A DNA stretch of 64,000 nucleotides from an uncultured Spirochaetota bacterium (GTDB lineage Bacteria > Spirochaetota > Spirochaetia > SZUA-6 > Fen-1364): contig CAWGAA010000003.1 in assembly GCA_963820525.1 (NCBI GenBank), positions 128,001 to 192,000 of the forward strand, written 5' to 3'. Below are positions 21,942 to 32,427 of this stretch, piece by piece. The translations under genes and the position numbers were made by a program. The notes beneath the pieces are model-generated. The model saw nothing but the letters and a program-made list of their open reading frames with translations. It searched no databases and was not told where the DNA came from. How positions within the stretch are numbered: the stretch's first letter is position 1; the number at the start of each line of letters is the position of its first letter.

Positions 21942-23396
21942 ATGAAAAATCAGGCCAAGAGCGTCTTCCTTTTCGTTTTCCTGCTTTTCCTGGCGCCCTT
22001 CGCCTTCTGCCAGACCGCGGTCTCGGGGGTGCAGAGATCCACTCTGCCCAACGGGCTGGAGCTCGCCCTAGTCGAAAACCATGCGGTGCCGCTGGCGAGG
22101 ATCCAGATCACGTTCCGCTGCGGGGCGATAACCCAGACTCCCGAGACGGTCGGGCTGTTCCACCTCTACGAGCACATGCTGTTCAAGGGCAACCGGGTTT
22201 TCAAAAACCAGAGCGACTTCCAGGCCGCCATGCGCCAGCTCGGCGTCTCCAGCTGGAACGGCGGCACTTCGGTGAACAACGTCACCTACTACTTCACCGT
22301 GCCGTCCGACAAGCTGGACAAGGGGATCGAGTTCTGGGCGGATGCCGTCCGCTATCCCCTTTTCAATCCCGACGAGCTCGTCACGGAGAAAGACGTGGTG
22401 ATGAACGAGGTCCAGGGATTCCTCGACGATCCCGATACGATCTATCAATCCGGGGTGAACAAGGCCCTGTTCTGGAAGTATCCATGGCGAAAGGACGCGG
22501 TGGGCTACGAGAAGATCATCAGGGGAGCCACCGTCAAAACCCTCCGCGATATCCAGAACACGTACTACATCCCCAACAACGCCGCCCTGTTCGTGGGCGG
22601 GGACGTGGATCCCAAGGCCGTGCGCGCCTCCGTGGAAAAATACTTCGGGGACTGGAAGCGGGGAAAAAATCCGTGGGCGTCGCCGCCGGCCCCCCAGGGG
22701 CCCGTGCCCAAGACGGTTCTCCTGGTCTATCCCGATGAGCAGATGTTCAGCGGCATCGCCTATGTGAGCGCCGGCTTCCGCGGGCCGGATCTTGCCTCCG
22801 ACGCCAACGCCACCTATGGGGCGGACGTGTGGGGCAAGCTCATCGACGACCCCAACGGGAAGTTCAAGCAGGACATCTTCAGCACGGTCCCCGGCCTCTA
22901 CAAGAAGGAGTACATATCCGCCTACTATGCCACGGAGCGTGACGGCGGATTCATCGGCTTCTCCACCTACATGGTGCTTGCCCCAACGGGAGACAACTTC
23001 GCGCGCGCGATGTCGTTGGAGAAGGCCTTCATGGAAGAGGTCTCCGCCATGGCGGCCAACCAGGCCTTCTTCGATGCCGGAGACTACGAGGTGATGCGGC
23101 GGCAGCTGGGGGACGAGCGGATAGTGGAACAGGAGACGGTTGACGGCTACATCTCCAGCCTCTCGTTCTGGTGGGCCGTTGCGGGGCTCGACTACTACCT
23201 CGGTTACACCGACAACCTCAAGCGCGTCGGCTATCCCCAGCTTCGCTCGTTCCTCTCGAGCTACCTCCTTGGCAGGAACTTCGTGCTTTCCGTGCGGATC
23301 AACCCGGCGGACTTCCAGAGGGAAAGGATCGCGGCCGAGAAGGCGGGCTTCACCGTGATCACCAAGGCCGACGCCTACTGGTGGCAGGCGAAGTGA
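21942..23396 (+). CDS. Exported M16B zinc peptidase, catalytic subunit
   Basis: Signal peptide, LPNGL, inverted zinc motif HLYEH, WNGGT, EKDVVMNE, YYIPNNA. Confidence 0.9.
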   Translation: MKNQAKSVFLFVFLLFLAPFAFCQTAVSGVQRSTLPNGLELALVENHAVPLARIQITFRCGAITQTPETVGLFHLYEHMLFKGNRVFKNQSDFQAAMRQLGVSSWNGGTSVNNVTYYFTVPSDKLDKGIEFWADAVRYPLFNPDELVTEKDVVMNEVQGFLDDPDTIYQSGVNKALFWKYPWRKDAVGYEKIIRGATVKTLRDIQNTYYIPNNAALFVGGDVDPKAVRASVEKYFGDWKRGKNPWASPPAPQGPVPKTVLLVYPDEQMFSGIAYVSAGFRGPDLASDANATYGADVWGKLIDDPNGKFKQDIFSTVPGLYKKEYISAYYATERDGGFIGFSTYMVLAPTGDNFARAMSLEKAFMEEVSAMAANQAFFDAGDYEVMRRQLGDERIVEQETVDGYISSLSFWWAVAGLDYYLGYTDNLKRVGYPQLRSFLSSYLLGRNFVLSVRINPADFQRERIAAEKAGFTVITKADAYWWQAK

Positions 23397-23410
23397 AAGG
23401 GAGGAGCGCA

Positions 23411-24919
23411 ATGATGAAAACCAGGAAAGCGATCCTTCTGGCGCTGGCGGCCCTTCTGGCCGCGGCCGCGGCGGGCGCCCAGGCCATTCAGTTGACGCGG
23501 GACCAGAGCGTCATCGATGCGGGGGGACTGAACGCCTTTGCCGCCGAAAACCTCCCCTCGTTCACCACCGTCACGCTCGACAACGGGATCCCCGTGGTGA
23601 TGAAGCGAAGCCTCTCCAACCGGATCGTCGCCCTGAAGACCGTTCTCCTCGGGCAGGCCTCCCTTGCGCCCCCGGGAAAAGAGGGCATCGAAGGGGTCAT
23701 GCTCACGATGCTCACCCGCGGCTCGGCCCGCTACAGCTACGCCGAGCTCCAGCGCCTGCTCTTCGAGGACTCGGCGTCCATAAACCCGTCGTACATGTCA
23801 TTCGATACGAGCGCCCTGAACCTGTTCACGATCGATGCGTACTTCGACGCCCTGTTCGACGCGTACGCCGACGCCTTCCTCCATCCCGCGTGGAATGCGG
23901 AGGAGTTTCCCCGCGTGGTGAGCGATTTCAGGATCGCCAAGCAGCAGTCTCGAAGCGACCCCTACTCCAAGAGCGTCGACGATCTCAACCAGCGGTTCTT
24001 TTCCGGTCATCCCTACGCCGCCAGCTTCGATGGGACGGAAAGCTCCCTCGCCTCTCTGACGCTGGACGACCTGAAGAGCTACTACGAGCAGACCGTCTCC
24101 TCGGGAAGGATCTTCATCGTCGCGGTCGGCAACTTCGACCCCGCCGCGCTCGTGGCGAAGCTGAACGCGACCTTCGGCGCCATGCCGAAAAAGGAATTCT
24201 CCCGCCCCGCCGTGCCGCCGTTCGCCGGGACGGTGAAGCCGGACCTGATCGTGGAGGCTTTTCCCCCGTCTCAGGGACTTGCCTACGTACGGGCCGACTT
24301 CGCCCTTCCCGCGCCCGACAGTCCCGAGACACCCGGCATCCAGGTGGCCTTCACGCTCCTGGACGACATCCTGTTCCAGATCGTGCGCACCGAGAACGGC
24401 GCCTGCTACGACGCATGGGCGGCTCTCCATGATTTCTCCGCCGGCTATGGGGACCTCACCGTATTCAAGACGGCGGTTCCGGGCAAGGTGAAAAAGCTCG
24501 TCGACGATTCCATCTCGGTGCTTCTCCGGGGGCAGTGCCTGGCGGGGAAGGTGTCGGCATCGGCGGCGGGCAAGGGCGGGATCGGACCGCAGGTTTCGGC
24601 CAAGGAGCAGGAGGGGACGTTTGTCCCCATCGCGGACGCCCTGCCCTTCTACAAGCAGCAGTTCCTCACCGGCTTCTACTCCGGCCAGCAGTCCAACATT
24701 TCCATCGCTTCCCAGATCGCCTCATCCGTGGTCTACCACGGGGATTTCCGGGACTACCTGCTCGTCATAGACAGGATCGACGCCGTGGGGCAGGATGACG
24801 TGGTGCGGGCGGCGGGGAAGTACCTCAGGGACAATCCGATGATCTGGATCGCGCTTGGCGACGCGGAGGTGTTGAAGGACATTAACCGGGACGACTTCCT
24901 CACGTTCCTGGGAAAGTGA
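23411..24919 (+). CDS. Exported M16B peptidase, non-catalytic partner subunit
   Basis: Signal peptide, LDNGIPV, MLTRGS, GHPYA, R/Y motif VRTENGACY; no HxxEH. Confidence 0.85.
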   Translation: MMKTRKAILLALAALLAAAAAGAQAIQLTRDQSVIDAGGLNAFAAENLPSFTTVTLDNGIPVVMKRSLSNRIVALKTVLLGQASLAPPGKEGIEGVMLTMLTRGSARYSYAELQRLLFEDSASINPSYMSFDTSALNLFTIDAYFDALFDAYADAFLHPAWNAEEFPRVVSDFRIAKQQSRSDPYSKSVDDLNQRFFSGHPYAASFDGTESSLASLTLDDLKSYYEQTVSSGRIFIVAVGNFDPAALVAKLNATFGAMPKKEFSRPAVPPFAGTVKPDLIVEAFPPSQGLAYVRADFALPAPDSPETPGIQVAFTLLDDILFQIVRTENGACYDAWAALHDFSAGYGDLTVFKTAVPGKVKKLVDDSISVLLRGQCLAGKVSASAAGKGGIGPQVSAKEQEGTFVPIADALPFYKQQFLTGFYSGQQSNISIASQIASSVVYHGDFRDYLLVIDRIDAVGQDDVVRAAGKYLRDNPMIWIALGDAEVLKDINRDDFLTFLGK

Positions 24920-25787
<868 letters not shown>

Positions 25788-25791
<4 letters not shown>

Positions 25792-26333
25792 AACCCAGGG
25801 GACCGTTGATGATCGAGCACAGGCTTATCGAGAAGATGCTCCGCTACATGCAGAGGGAAGTGCAGCATATCCAGAAAGCGGGGTCGGCAGACCCTCTCTT
25901 CATCGACACGGCGGTGGATTTCATCAGGATGTACGCCGACAGGACCCATCACGGGAAGGAAGAGGACATCCTGTTCAAGGAGCTGGAGAGAAAAAAGCTC
26001 GCGGGCGCCGACAAGAAGCTCATGGTGGAGCTCGTGGAGGAACACCGGCTGGCCCGGACCGTCGTCAAGGAGCTTGTGGCCGCCAACAGGGCCTACGTCG
26101 GCGGGGACAAGAAGTCACTCGGGGTCATCGAGGAGAAGGTGAAGTGGCTCGTCCTGTTCTATCCCCAGCACATCAGGAAGGAAGACAGGGTCTTCTTTCC
26201 CGGCACGGAGAAGTACTTCACGCCGGAAGAGCTGGACAAGCTCCTTGCCGATTTCTGGGAGTTCGACAGAAGGATGATCCACGAGAAATACGGCAGGATC
26301 GTCGATGAGCTGAAGGAGAGGTATGGAGAGTAA
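25788..26333 (+). CDS. Hemerythrin-like (HHE) domain protein
   Basis: EHRLIE, YADRTHHGKEEDILF, EEH, HIRKEDRVFFP. GTG overlaps the upstream stop. Confidence 0.9.
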
Positions 26334-27177
26334 GCGGCCGATGACGATCGGCATCGACATCGGGGGCACCACGACGAAGATCGTCAGCCTTGCGGGAGAG
26401 AAGATCCTCCAGCTCCTGACCGTGAAGGCGAGCGACCCCGTCGCTTCCGCTTCGGGGGCCCTGGGGAAGCTCCTCGATTCGGGGCATCTGAGCCTGGCGG
26501 ATTTCAGCAAGGTGATCGTCACGGGTGTCGGCTCATCCGCCATCAAGGAGACCCTCATCGGGCTTGCCGTGGAGAGGGTGGACGAGTTCATCGCCATCGG
26601 CCTCGGGGGCCTCTTCCTCTCGAAGCTGGACAAGGCGATCGTGGTGAGCATGGGAACGGGAACGGCGATCGTCAGCGCAAAAGGCAAGGCAATCACCCAC
26701 ATCGGCGGCACGGGAATAGGTGGCGGCACCCTGCTGGGCCTGGCCAGGAGCATCCTCAACATCTCAGACTTCGCCACCATTATCGACCTGGCCCAGACCG
26801 GGAGCTTGAAGCACATCGACCTGTCGGTGGGCGACATCACGGCGATCAAGGTGGGGGACCTTCCCGTGGAGGCCACCGCGTCGAACTTCGGGAAGGTTGG
26901 AGACCAGGCGGACAGGAGCGATTACGCGCTGGGCATCCTCAACCTCATCTTCCAGACCATCGGGGTGATGGCCGTGCTCGGAGCCCGGCTGGATGGAGAA
27001 AAGAACATCGTGCTCATCGGAAAGCTCGCCAACATTCCCCAGGCCAAGGAGATCTTCGCGGGCCTGGCGAGGCTCTACCACCTGTCCTTCCACATTCCCC
27101 AGTACGCGGAATACGCCACCGCCGTGGGAGCGGCGATATCGCGGTGCTCCCCGGCGAGGGAGGGAGGAACGCCATGA
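26323..27177 (+). CDS. Type II (CoaW/fumble-like) pantothenate kinase
   Basis: GIDIGGTTTK, TGVG, DEF, SMGTG, GGTGIGGGTLLGL, DLSVGDI, ASNFGK. Confidence 0.82.
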   Translation: MESKRPMTIGIDIGGTTTKIVSLAGEKILQLLTVKASDPVASASGALGKLLDSGHLSLADFSKVIVTGVGSSAIKETLIGLAVERVDEFIAIGLGGLFLSKLDKAIVVSMGTGTAIVSAKGKAITHIGGTGIGGGTLLGLARSILNISDFATIIDLAQTGSLKHIDLSVGDITAIKVGDLPVEATASNFGKVGDQADRSDYALGILNLIFQTIGVMAVLGARLDGEKNIVLIGKLANIPQAKEIFAGLARLYHLSFHIPQYAEYATAVGAAISRCSPAREGGTP

Positions 27178-27929
27178 ACGTCTCGGGAAGCACCATCCTG
27201 ATAACGGGCGGCGCCACGGGCATCGGGCTTGCCCTCGCGGCCGCCTTCGACAAGCGCGGCAATACGGTGATCGTCTGCGGCCGCAGGGAGGAGAAGCTGA
27301 AGCAGGCCGCCGAGAGGCTGCCCCGCATCCGCACCATCCGCTGCGACGTGGCGGAGGAGGCGGAACGCCGGCGGCTTTTCGAGCAGGTGACGACGGATCA
27401 CCCGGAGCTCAACATCCTGGTGAACAACGCGGGGATCCAGAGGATGATCGACTTTCGAAAGGGTCCCGAAGATCTCGCTTCCGGGGAAAACGAGATCAGG
27501 ATCAACCTCGAGGCCCCCGTCTTTCTCTCCGCCCTGTTCGCCGCCAAGCTGATGAAGATGAGGCAGTCCGCCATCGTGAACGTCTCATCCGGGCTGGCAT
27601 TCGCCCCTCTTTCCATCATGCCCGTCTATTGCGCCACCAAGGCTGCCATTCACTCCTTCAGCATGTCGCTGCGCAGGCAACTCGCCCCGGCCGGCGTGAA
27701 GGTCTTCGAGATCATCCCGCCCACGGTTGATACGGAGCTGGACAGGGGGGCCCGGGGGCGGCGCGGCCAGACCGACAGGGGGATTCGCCCTGAAGAGGTG
27801 GCGGAGGCGGCCGTCGCGGGAATCTCCGCGGACACGTTCGAGATCGCCGTGGGCCAGGCGCAGGGCCTCATCGCCGGCTCCCGGGCAGATCCCAACGCCC
27901 TGTTCGATCGGATGAACCAGAGCTTCTAG
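27174..27929 (+). CDS. Short-chain dehydrogenase (DltE-like)
   Basis: ITGGATGIG, NNAGIQ, VSSGLAF, YCATKAA, EIIPPTVDT. Confidence 0.92.
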   Translation: MNVSGSTILITGGATGIGLALAAAFDKRGNTVIVCGRREEKLKQAAERLPRIRTIRCDVAEEAERRRLFEQVTTDHPELNILVNNAGIQRMIDFRKGPEDLASGENEIRINLEAPVFLSALFAAKLMKMRQSAIVNVSSGLAFAPLSIMPVYCATKAAIHSFSMSLRRQLAPAGVKVFEIIPPTVDTELDRGARGRRGQTDRGIRPEEVAEAAVAGISADTFEIAVGQAQGLIAGSRADPNALFDRMNQSF

Positions 27930-28702
27930 CCCAGCCTCGGAAGGGCCTTGTCGCGCTTCAGGTCCACCTGCATGCAGAGATTCATCGCGTCCAGCACCTC
28001 GCCGAACACTCCCATGATGGCCTGCACCAGCTCGTAGCCTCCGCCGGTGCGCACCTCCGACTCCGGCATCGGGTAGAAAAGCTGGAAGCCCGCCCACGAA
28101 TCCAAGGGGAAGGCGCGAGCCGCCTTCCTGATCTGAAGCGCCGAGCTAAAGGAGCCCTTGGCGAATGACGCCTCGCGGCCGCCTCCCTCGATCCTCGCAA
28201 TAAACCCTTCGCGAAGGATCAGGCGGCGGAGCTCCTTTTCGAGCGCTCCCGCCTTTGTGCAGGCCTTCATGAGGCGGTGCCAGTCCCAGTCTTTGGCGAG
28301 CTGAAAGGAAGCGCCTTCCCCGCCGGAGACGACCCCCCGCTCCACCTGGAGTCCGGACTGAAAGATCCGGTCTGTCCGGTCCACGGAAATGAAGAGCTTC
28401 GCGCAGCCGAAGTTCACGGAGTGAGAGACGGGCTTCGCCTCTCGATTCGCTCTGGGCAGCCAGCAGATCCACTGCCAGTAGACCCCGCGCCCCCAGCGGT
28501 CCGTCACGAAGGGGGTGCCGTGCCTTTCTTCCAGGCGATGCTTGAGGATGCGCGTGATCCGTTCGTGCGGCTCGAGGTTTCCCACCCTGATTCCCCGCTG
28601 GAAATCGATCCACTCGGACCTGAAGGCCTCGCCCGTGGGAACCGCCTCCGCCGGCTTCCCCTTCGCGAGGGGAAGCCAATCGGCCGCCGTCATTCGCCGC
28701 AT
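27926..28702 (-). CDS. Hypothetical Trp-rich protein
   Basis: 258-aa ORF with coding-like composition, converging on the SDR gene; no family recognised. Confidence 0.7.
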   Translation of the reverse strand: MRRMTAADWLPLAKGKPAEAVPTGEAFRSEWIDFQRGIRVGNLEPHERITRILKHRLEERHGTPFVTDRWGRGVYWQWICWLPRANREAKPVSHSVNFGCAKLFISVDRTDRIFQSGLQVERGVVSGGEGASFQLAKDWDWHRLMKACTKAGALEKELRRLILREGFIARIEGGGREASFAKGSFSSALQIRKAARAFPLDSWAGFQLFYPMPESEVRTGGGYELVQAIMGVFGEVLDAMNLCMQVDLKRDKALPRLG

Positions 28703-28803
28703 TGCTATTTTGCTCTCCTTTTTTCAAAGATGCGCCGAGCCGTTTCGCGTGTCAATTGCACGCTCGCCATGGTATAGTACACGGGGCTCACGGGGAGAAG
28801 GCA

Positions 28804-30438
28804 ATGCCGCGGGATACGGGAAAAGCGGAGCAGGACATCCTCCTGAAGGGCGGTCTCATCGTCGACGGGGCGGGAAGGAAAGCCTTCACGGGCAACCTCC
28901 TCATCAGGGCGGGAAGGATTCATCGGATATCGACGCGTCCGATACGCTTCACGGGGGCGTCAATCGACTGCTCGACGAAGGTGGTGGCCCCGGGATTCAT
29001 CGACGCGCACTCGCACCTGGACTGGCACCTGCCCATCAAGGGGCACGAGGAGCTGAAGTGGCCCTTCATCGCCCAGGGGATCACCACCGTGGTGGCGGGC
29101 AACTGCGGCATCTCCGCGGCCGGCTTCCGCGACGGCACCGCCTTCAAGCCCCAGATCGCCAACCACCTGCTGAAGAACCGGGACTTCACGCTGGACTGGG
29201 ACTCTGTAGAGGATTTCTTCTCACGCCTCGCCTCCCAGGGGCTGAGCCACAACCTTGCCCTCCTCGCAGGACATGGATCGCTTCGCTGCTCGATACGGGG
29301 GCTCGATCCCTCACCCCTTCACCCCTACGAATCGGCCGAGATGCTGCGGCTGCTGGAAAAGGCCATGGAGCAGGGCGCCCGGGGGCTTTCCCTGGGGCTC
29401 CAATACGAGCCCGGCATGTTTGCCCGGCCCGAGGAGATCAAGGAGATGGCTCTTGCCGTCAAGCGCCGCGGCAAGATCGTGAGCATTCACGCGCGCGCCC
29501 TCTCGGCGCTCTCCGGCGCCTACCCCGTCAAGCTCTTTGGCAGGCCGCACAACATCATTGCCCTGGAGGAGGCCATCGACCTCGCCCGCCTGACGGGCGT
29601 TCGTCTCCAGATCTCCCACCTCATCTTCGCCGGCTCGCGCACGTGGAAGACCGCGGACACGGCCCTCCGTCTCATCGAGGGCGCAATCGCGGAGGGAATC
29701 GACGCGCGCTTCGACATGTACCCCTACTTCTGCGGGTCCTCCCACATCAATGTGCTTATGCCGCCCTGGTTTCTCGCCCGTCTCCCCGGCGCTTATGACG
29801 ATCCCGCCGCCCTTAAGCGGCTTCGCCGTGAGCTTGTCATGATAGAGAGGCTCCTCGGGTTCGGGCCGGGGGACGTGCAGATCACGGACGCGCGGGAGCC
29901 GGAGCTGAAGAAGTACGACGGGATGTTCCTCTCCCAGATCGCGCGCGCCCAGCGGATGCGGCCCGAGGAGGCGCTGATCGACTTTGCCAAGAAAAGCGGA
30001 GGCCGCGCGGGGGTCCTCTGCCACCGATACTCGAATCCTGGCATCGTGGAGGCCCTGATCCGCCACCCCGCCTCGCTTTTCATGACGGACGCCTGGGTCG
30101 AGCCAGGCGGCGCCCAGAATCCCTCGGCCTTCGGGGCTTTCCCGCGGTTTTTGAGGCTCGCCCGGGAGAAGCGCCTGCTCAGCCTCGAAGAGGCGGTGCG
30201 CAAGATGACCGGTGCGACCGCGGAGCGGTTCGGGCTCACGGACCGCGGGGTCCTGGCCGAGGGCATGGCTGCCGACGTAACGGTATTCGACTGGGAAGGC
30301 GTGACGGACAACGGCTCAAGCGACGCAGCGGACGCCTCCCCCAGCGGCATCGACTATGTATTTGTGAACGGCAAGAAAGCCGTGGATGCGGGAAGAAGGG
30401 TCGGGCTTCTCAACGCGGGAGTGCCCCTTCCCGGCTGA
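28804..30438 (+). CDS. N-acyl-D-amino-acid deacylase (amidohydrolase)
   Basis: APGFIDAHSH, QGITTVVAGNCG, GLSLGLQYEPG, QISH, AFGAFPRFL, AVRKMT, ADVTVFD. Confidence 0.9.
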   Translation: MPRDTGKAEQDILLKGGLIVDGAGRKAFTGNLLIRAGRIHRISTRPIRFTGASIDCSTKVVAPGFIDAHSHLDWHLPIKGHEELKWPFIAQGITTVVAGNCGISAAGFRDGTAFKPQIANHLLKNRDFTLDWDSVEDFFSRLASQGLSHNLALLAGHGSLRCSIRGLDPSPLHPYESAEMLRLLEKAMEQGARGLSLGLQYEPGMFARPEEIKEMALAVKRRGKIVSIHARALSALSGAYPVKLFGRPHNIIALEEAIDLARLTGVRLQISHLIFAGSRTWKTADTALRLIEGAIAEGIDARFDMYPYFCGSSHINVLMPPWFLARLPGAYDDPAALKRLRRELVMIERLLGFGPGDVQITDAREPELKKYDGMFLSQIARAQRMRPEEALIDFAKKSGGRAGVLCHRYSNPGIVEALIRHPASLFMTDAWVEPGGAQNPSAFGAFPRFLRLAREKRLLSLEEAVRKMTGATAERFGLTDRGVLAEGMAADVTVFDWEGVTDNGSSDAADASPSGIDYVFVNGKKAVDAGRRVGLLNAGVPLPG

Positions 30439-30532
30439 AGAGATTGTCCATCCGCTTTCGCGGCCGGCCGGATTGCGCTATACTCTCCCCCGCGCCCCGG
30501 TGGCGTGAAACGGAAATCCAGGAGCCCGGCCC

Positions 30533-31483
30533 GTGAAAGCCCTCTACAGATTCTTCCGCTCCAAACGCCTCGCCTTCGCGCTCCTGCTGGTCATCACCCT
30601 GCTTTCCATCCTTGCCACGCTGGTTCCCCAGGGCGGAAAGAAGGAAACATACCAGGCGGCCTACCCCGCATTGCTTTCGCGCGCGATCCTGGCTCTCCAC
30701 TTCGACAGGTTCTTCAGCTCGGAGCTTTTCTTCGCCGTCGCCGCGCTGTTCACGGCCAATCTGGGGGTCTGCGCAATTGACAGGCTGCTTGCGCGGCGGC
30801 GCGCCGGAGGTCCCAGGCGCTACGGGCCCGATCTCGTTCACCTCGGGCTCCTCCTCCTTGTCGCGGGAGCGATCCTCACCACGGCTCTTCGGCAGGAGAA
30901 GCTCTTCTTCCTGGCCGAGGGGGAACGGGAGGAAATCGGCGGCGGCTATGTGGTGCAGCTGCTCTCGTTTCAGTTTTTGAAGTACGAAAGCGGGGCGCCG
31001 AAGGACTGGATATCCACCGTGTCCGTTCTGGCTGGAGACGGCGTGCGGATCGCCTCGGCGCCCATAGAAGTGAACAAGCCCCTGAGGCTCGGCACCCTGC
31101 GCATTTACCAGTCCTCGTACTCCACGGAAGGCACGACAGAGATGGAGGTCTCCCCGGGGAAAACGGTCTCCGTCAAGACGGGCGAGGCTTTCAGGATCGG
31201 GGACGTGTTCTGGTATTTCGCCGACGTGGAGCCTGCCGCCGCAGGAAACCCTGCCGTCGCGATCTTCCAGAAATGGGTTGGAGGCGCGCGCGTCTCCACG
31301 CTCAAGGTGAGCGCGCCGGGCATGGTGGGCCCCCTCCCCGTCGCGCGGATCTCAGTCCGCCGCCTCACGGGGCTCAAGGCGGTGCGTGACCCCGGCTTCT
31401 TCCTCGTCGTGGCGGCCCTCATCGTCGCGGGCTCCGGATTAGCCCTGACGTACATCCAGAAGCTGGGAGACATGAAAGCATGA
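30533..31483 (+). CDS. Cytochrome c biogenesis system II protein, ResB/CcsB-like
   Basis: ATLVPQ, TM His (DLVHLG), IEVNKPL..IYQSSY, TGLKAVRDPG. Confidence 0.85.
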   Translation: MKALYRFFRSKRLAFALLLVITLLSILATLVPQGGKKETYQAAYPALLSRAILALHFDRFFSSELFFAVAALFTANLGVCAIDRLLARRRAGGPRRYGPDLVHLGLLLLVAGAILTTALRQEKLFFLAEGEREEIGGGYVVQLLSFQFLKYESGAPKDWISTVSVLAGDGVRIASAPIEVNKPLRLGTLRIYQSSYSTEGTTEMEVSPGKTVSVKTGEAFRIGDVFWYFADVEPAAAGNPAVAIFQKWVGGARVSTLKVSAPGMVGPLPVARISVRRLTGLKAVRDPGFFLVVAALIVAGSGLALTYIQKLGDMKA

Positions 31484-32265
31484 CGGCAACGATCGGCCTC
31501 GTCTTTCTGGCGGCTGCGGCCGTTCTGCAGATCGTCTTCCTCTTCCGTCGGGGAGACAAGCGTGACCCGGTTTCCCATTACCTGCTCGCCTGCGCCGCGC
31601 TGCTCCTGCTGGCAACCCTCGCGGACAGGAGCATCCGCATCGGCTTCGTCGCGGTCACCAACACATACGAGTCGCTCGTATTCTTCGCTGCAGCCGTCTC
31701 CCTCGTGCTCTTTGCGGCCCGGATGATCCCCCGGATGCGCCCGCCCCTGTTCGTCCAGTTCGGCGGAACCATCATCGCCCTTGCGCTGCTCATGGTTTCT
31801 TCCTCTCCAATCGCCCCCAAGGATATCCAGCCCCCCATTCCCGCGCTGCAGTCGCTGTGGCTCGTCCTGCACGTCACCTTCGCATTCATCGGAGAATCCT
31901 TCTTCGCCGTCAGCTTCATCGCTGCGATATCCGTATTGGCCCAGAAGGACGCCGTCAAACAGGGCGAGGCGGACAGGATTGTCTACACCTCGATCGGGAT
32001 CGGCTATCCCATCTTCACCGCCGGGGCGCTTATCTTCGGGGCCATCTGGGCGCAAACGGCGTGGGGGGCATGGTGGAGCTGGGACCCGAAAGAAACGTGG
32101 GCTCTCGTGACCTGGCTGATCTACACGGCCTACCTTCACGGCCGGTTGGTGCGCGGGCTTCGGGGAAGAATCGGCGCCCTGCTCGCCATTGCGGGCTTTG
32201 CGGCCACGATATTCACTTTCTTCGGCGTCAACTTCCTGCTCTCGGGACTGCACAGCTACGGCTGA
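31480..32265 (+). CDS. ccsA: Cytochrome c biogenesis protein CcsA/ResC
   Basis: PALQSLWLVLHV, GAIWAQTAWGAWWSWDPKETW (WWD motif), YLH, GLHSY. Confidence 0.93.
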   Translation: MTATIGLVFLAAAAVLQIVFLFRRGDKRDPVSHYLLACAALLLLATLADRSIRIGFVAVTNTYESLVFFAAAVSLVLFAARMIPRMRPPLFVQFGGTIIALALLMVSSSPIAPKDIQPPIPALQSLWLVLHVTFAFIGESFFAVSFIAAISVLAQKDAVKQGEADRIVYTSIGIGYPIFTAGALIFGAIWAQTAWGAWWSWDPKETWALVTWLIYTAYLHGRLVRGLRGRIGALLAIAGFAATIFTFFGVNFLLSGLHSYG

Positions 32266-32297
32266 AAATCCGAGAGCTCAAAGCGTGTCGCGCAATG

Positions 32298-32338
32298 AGC
32301 CCGCCGGGGCCCTTGGGCCGACGGCGGGCTTTGTTTTT
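32298..32338 (+). terminator. Intrinsic terminator after ccsA
   Basis: AGCCCGCCG...CGGCGGGCT followed by TTGTTTTT. Confidence 0.75.
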
Positions 32339-32360
32339 ATGCGGGCCGGGAACGCGGCCC

Positions 32361-32422
32361 CCACCCTTTGCGGCCGTCATTCGATCACGGCCACCCTTTG
32401 CGGCCGTCATTCGATCGCGGCC
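32361..32422. repeat. 30-bp tandem repeat x2 with internal hairpin
   Basis: ccaccctttgcggccgtcattcgatc(a/g)cgg twice, one mismatch. Confidence 0.9.
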
Positions 32423-32427
32423 TGCTC

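Noticed and set aside
32361..32422. CRISPR-like direct repeats
   Set aside because: Only two contiguous copies, no spacers and no cas genes.
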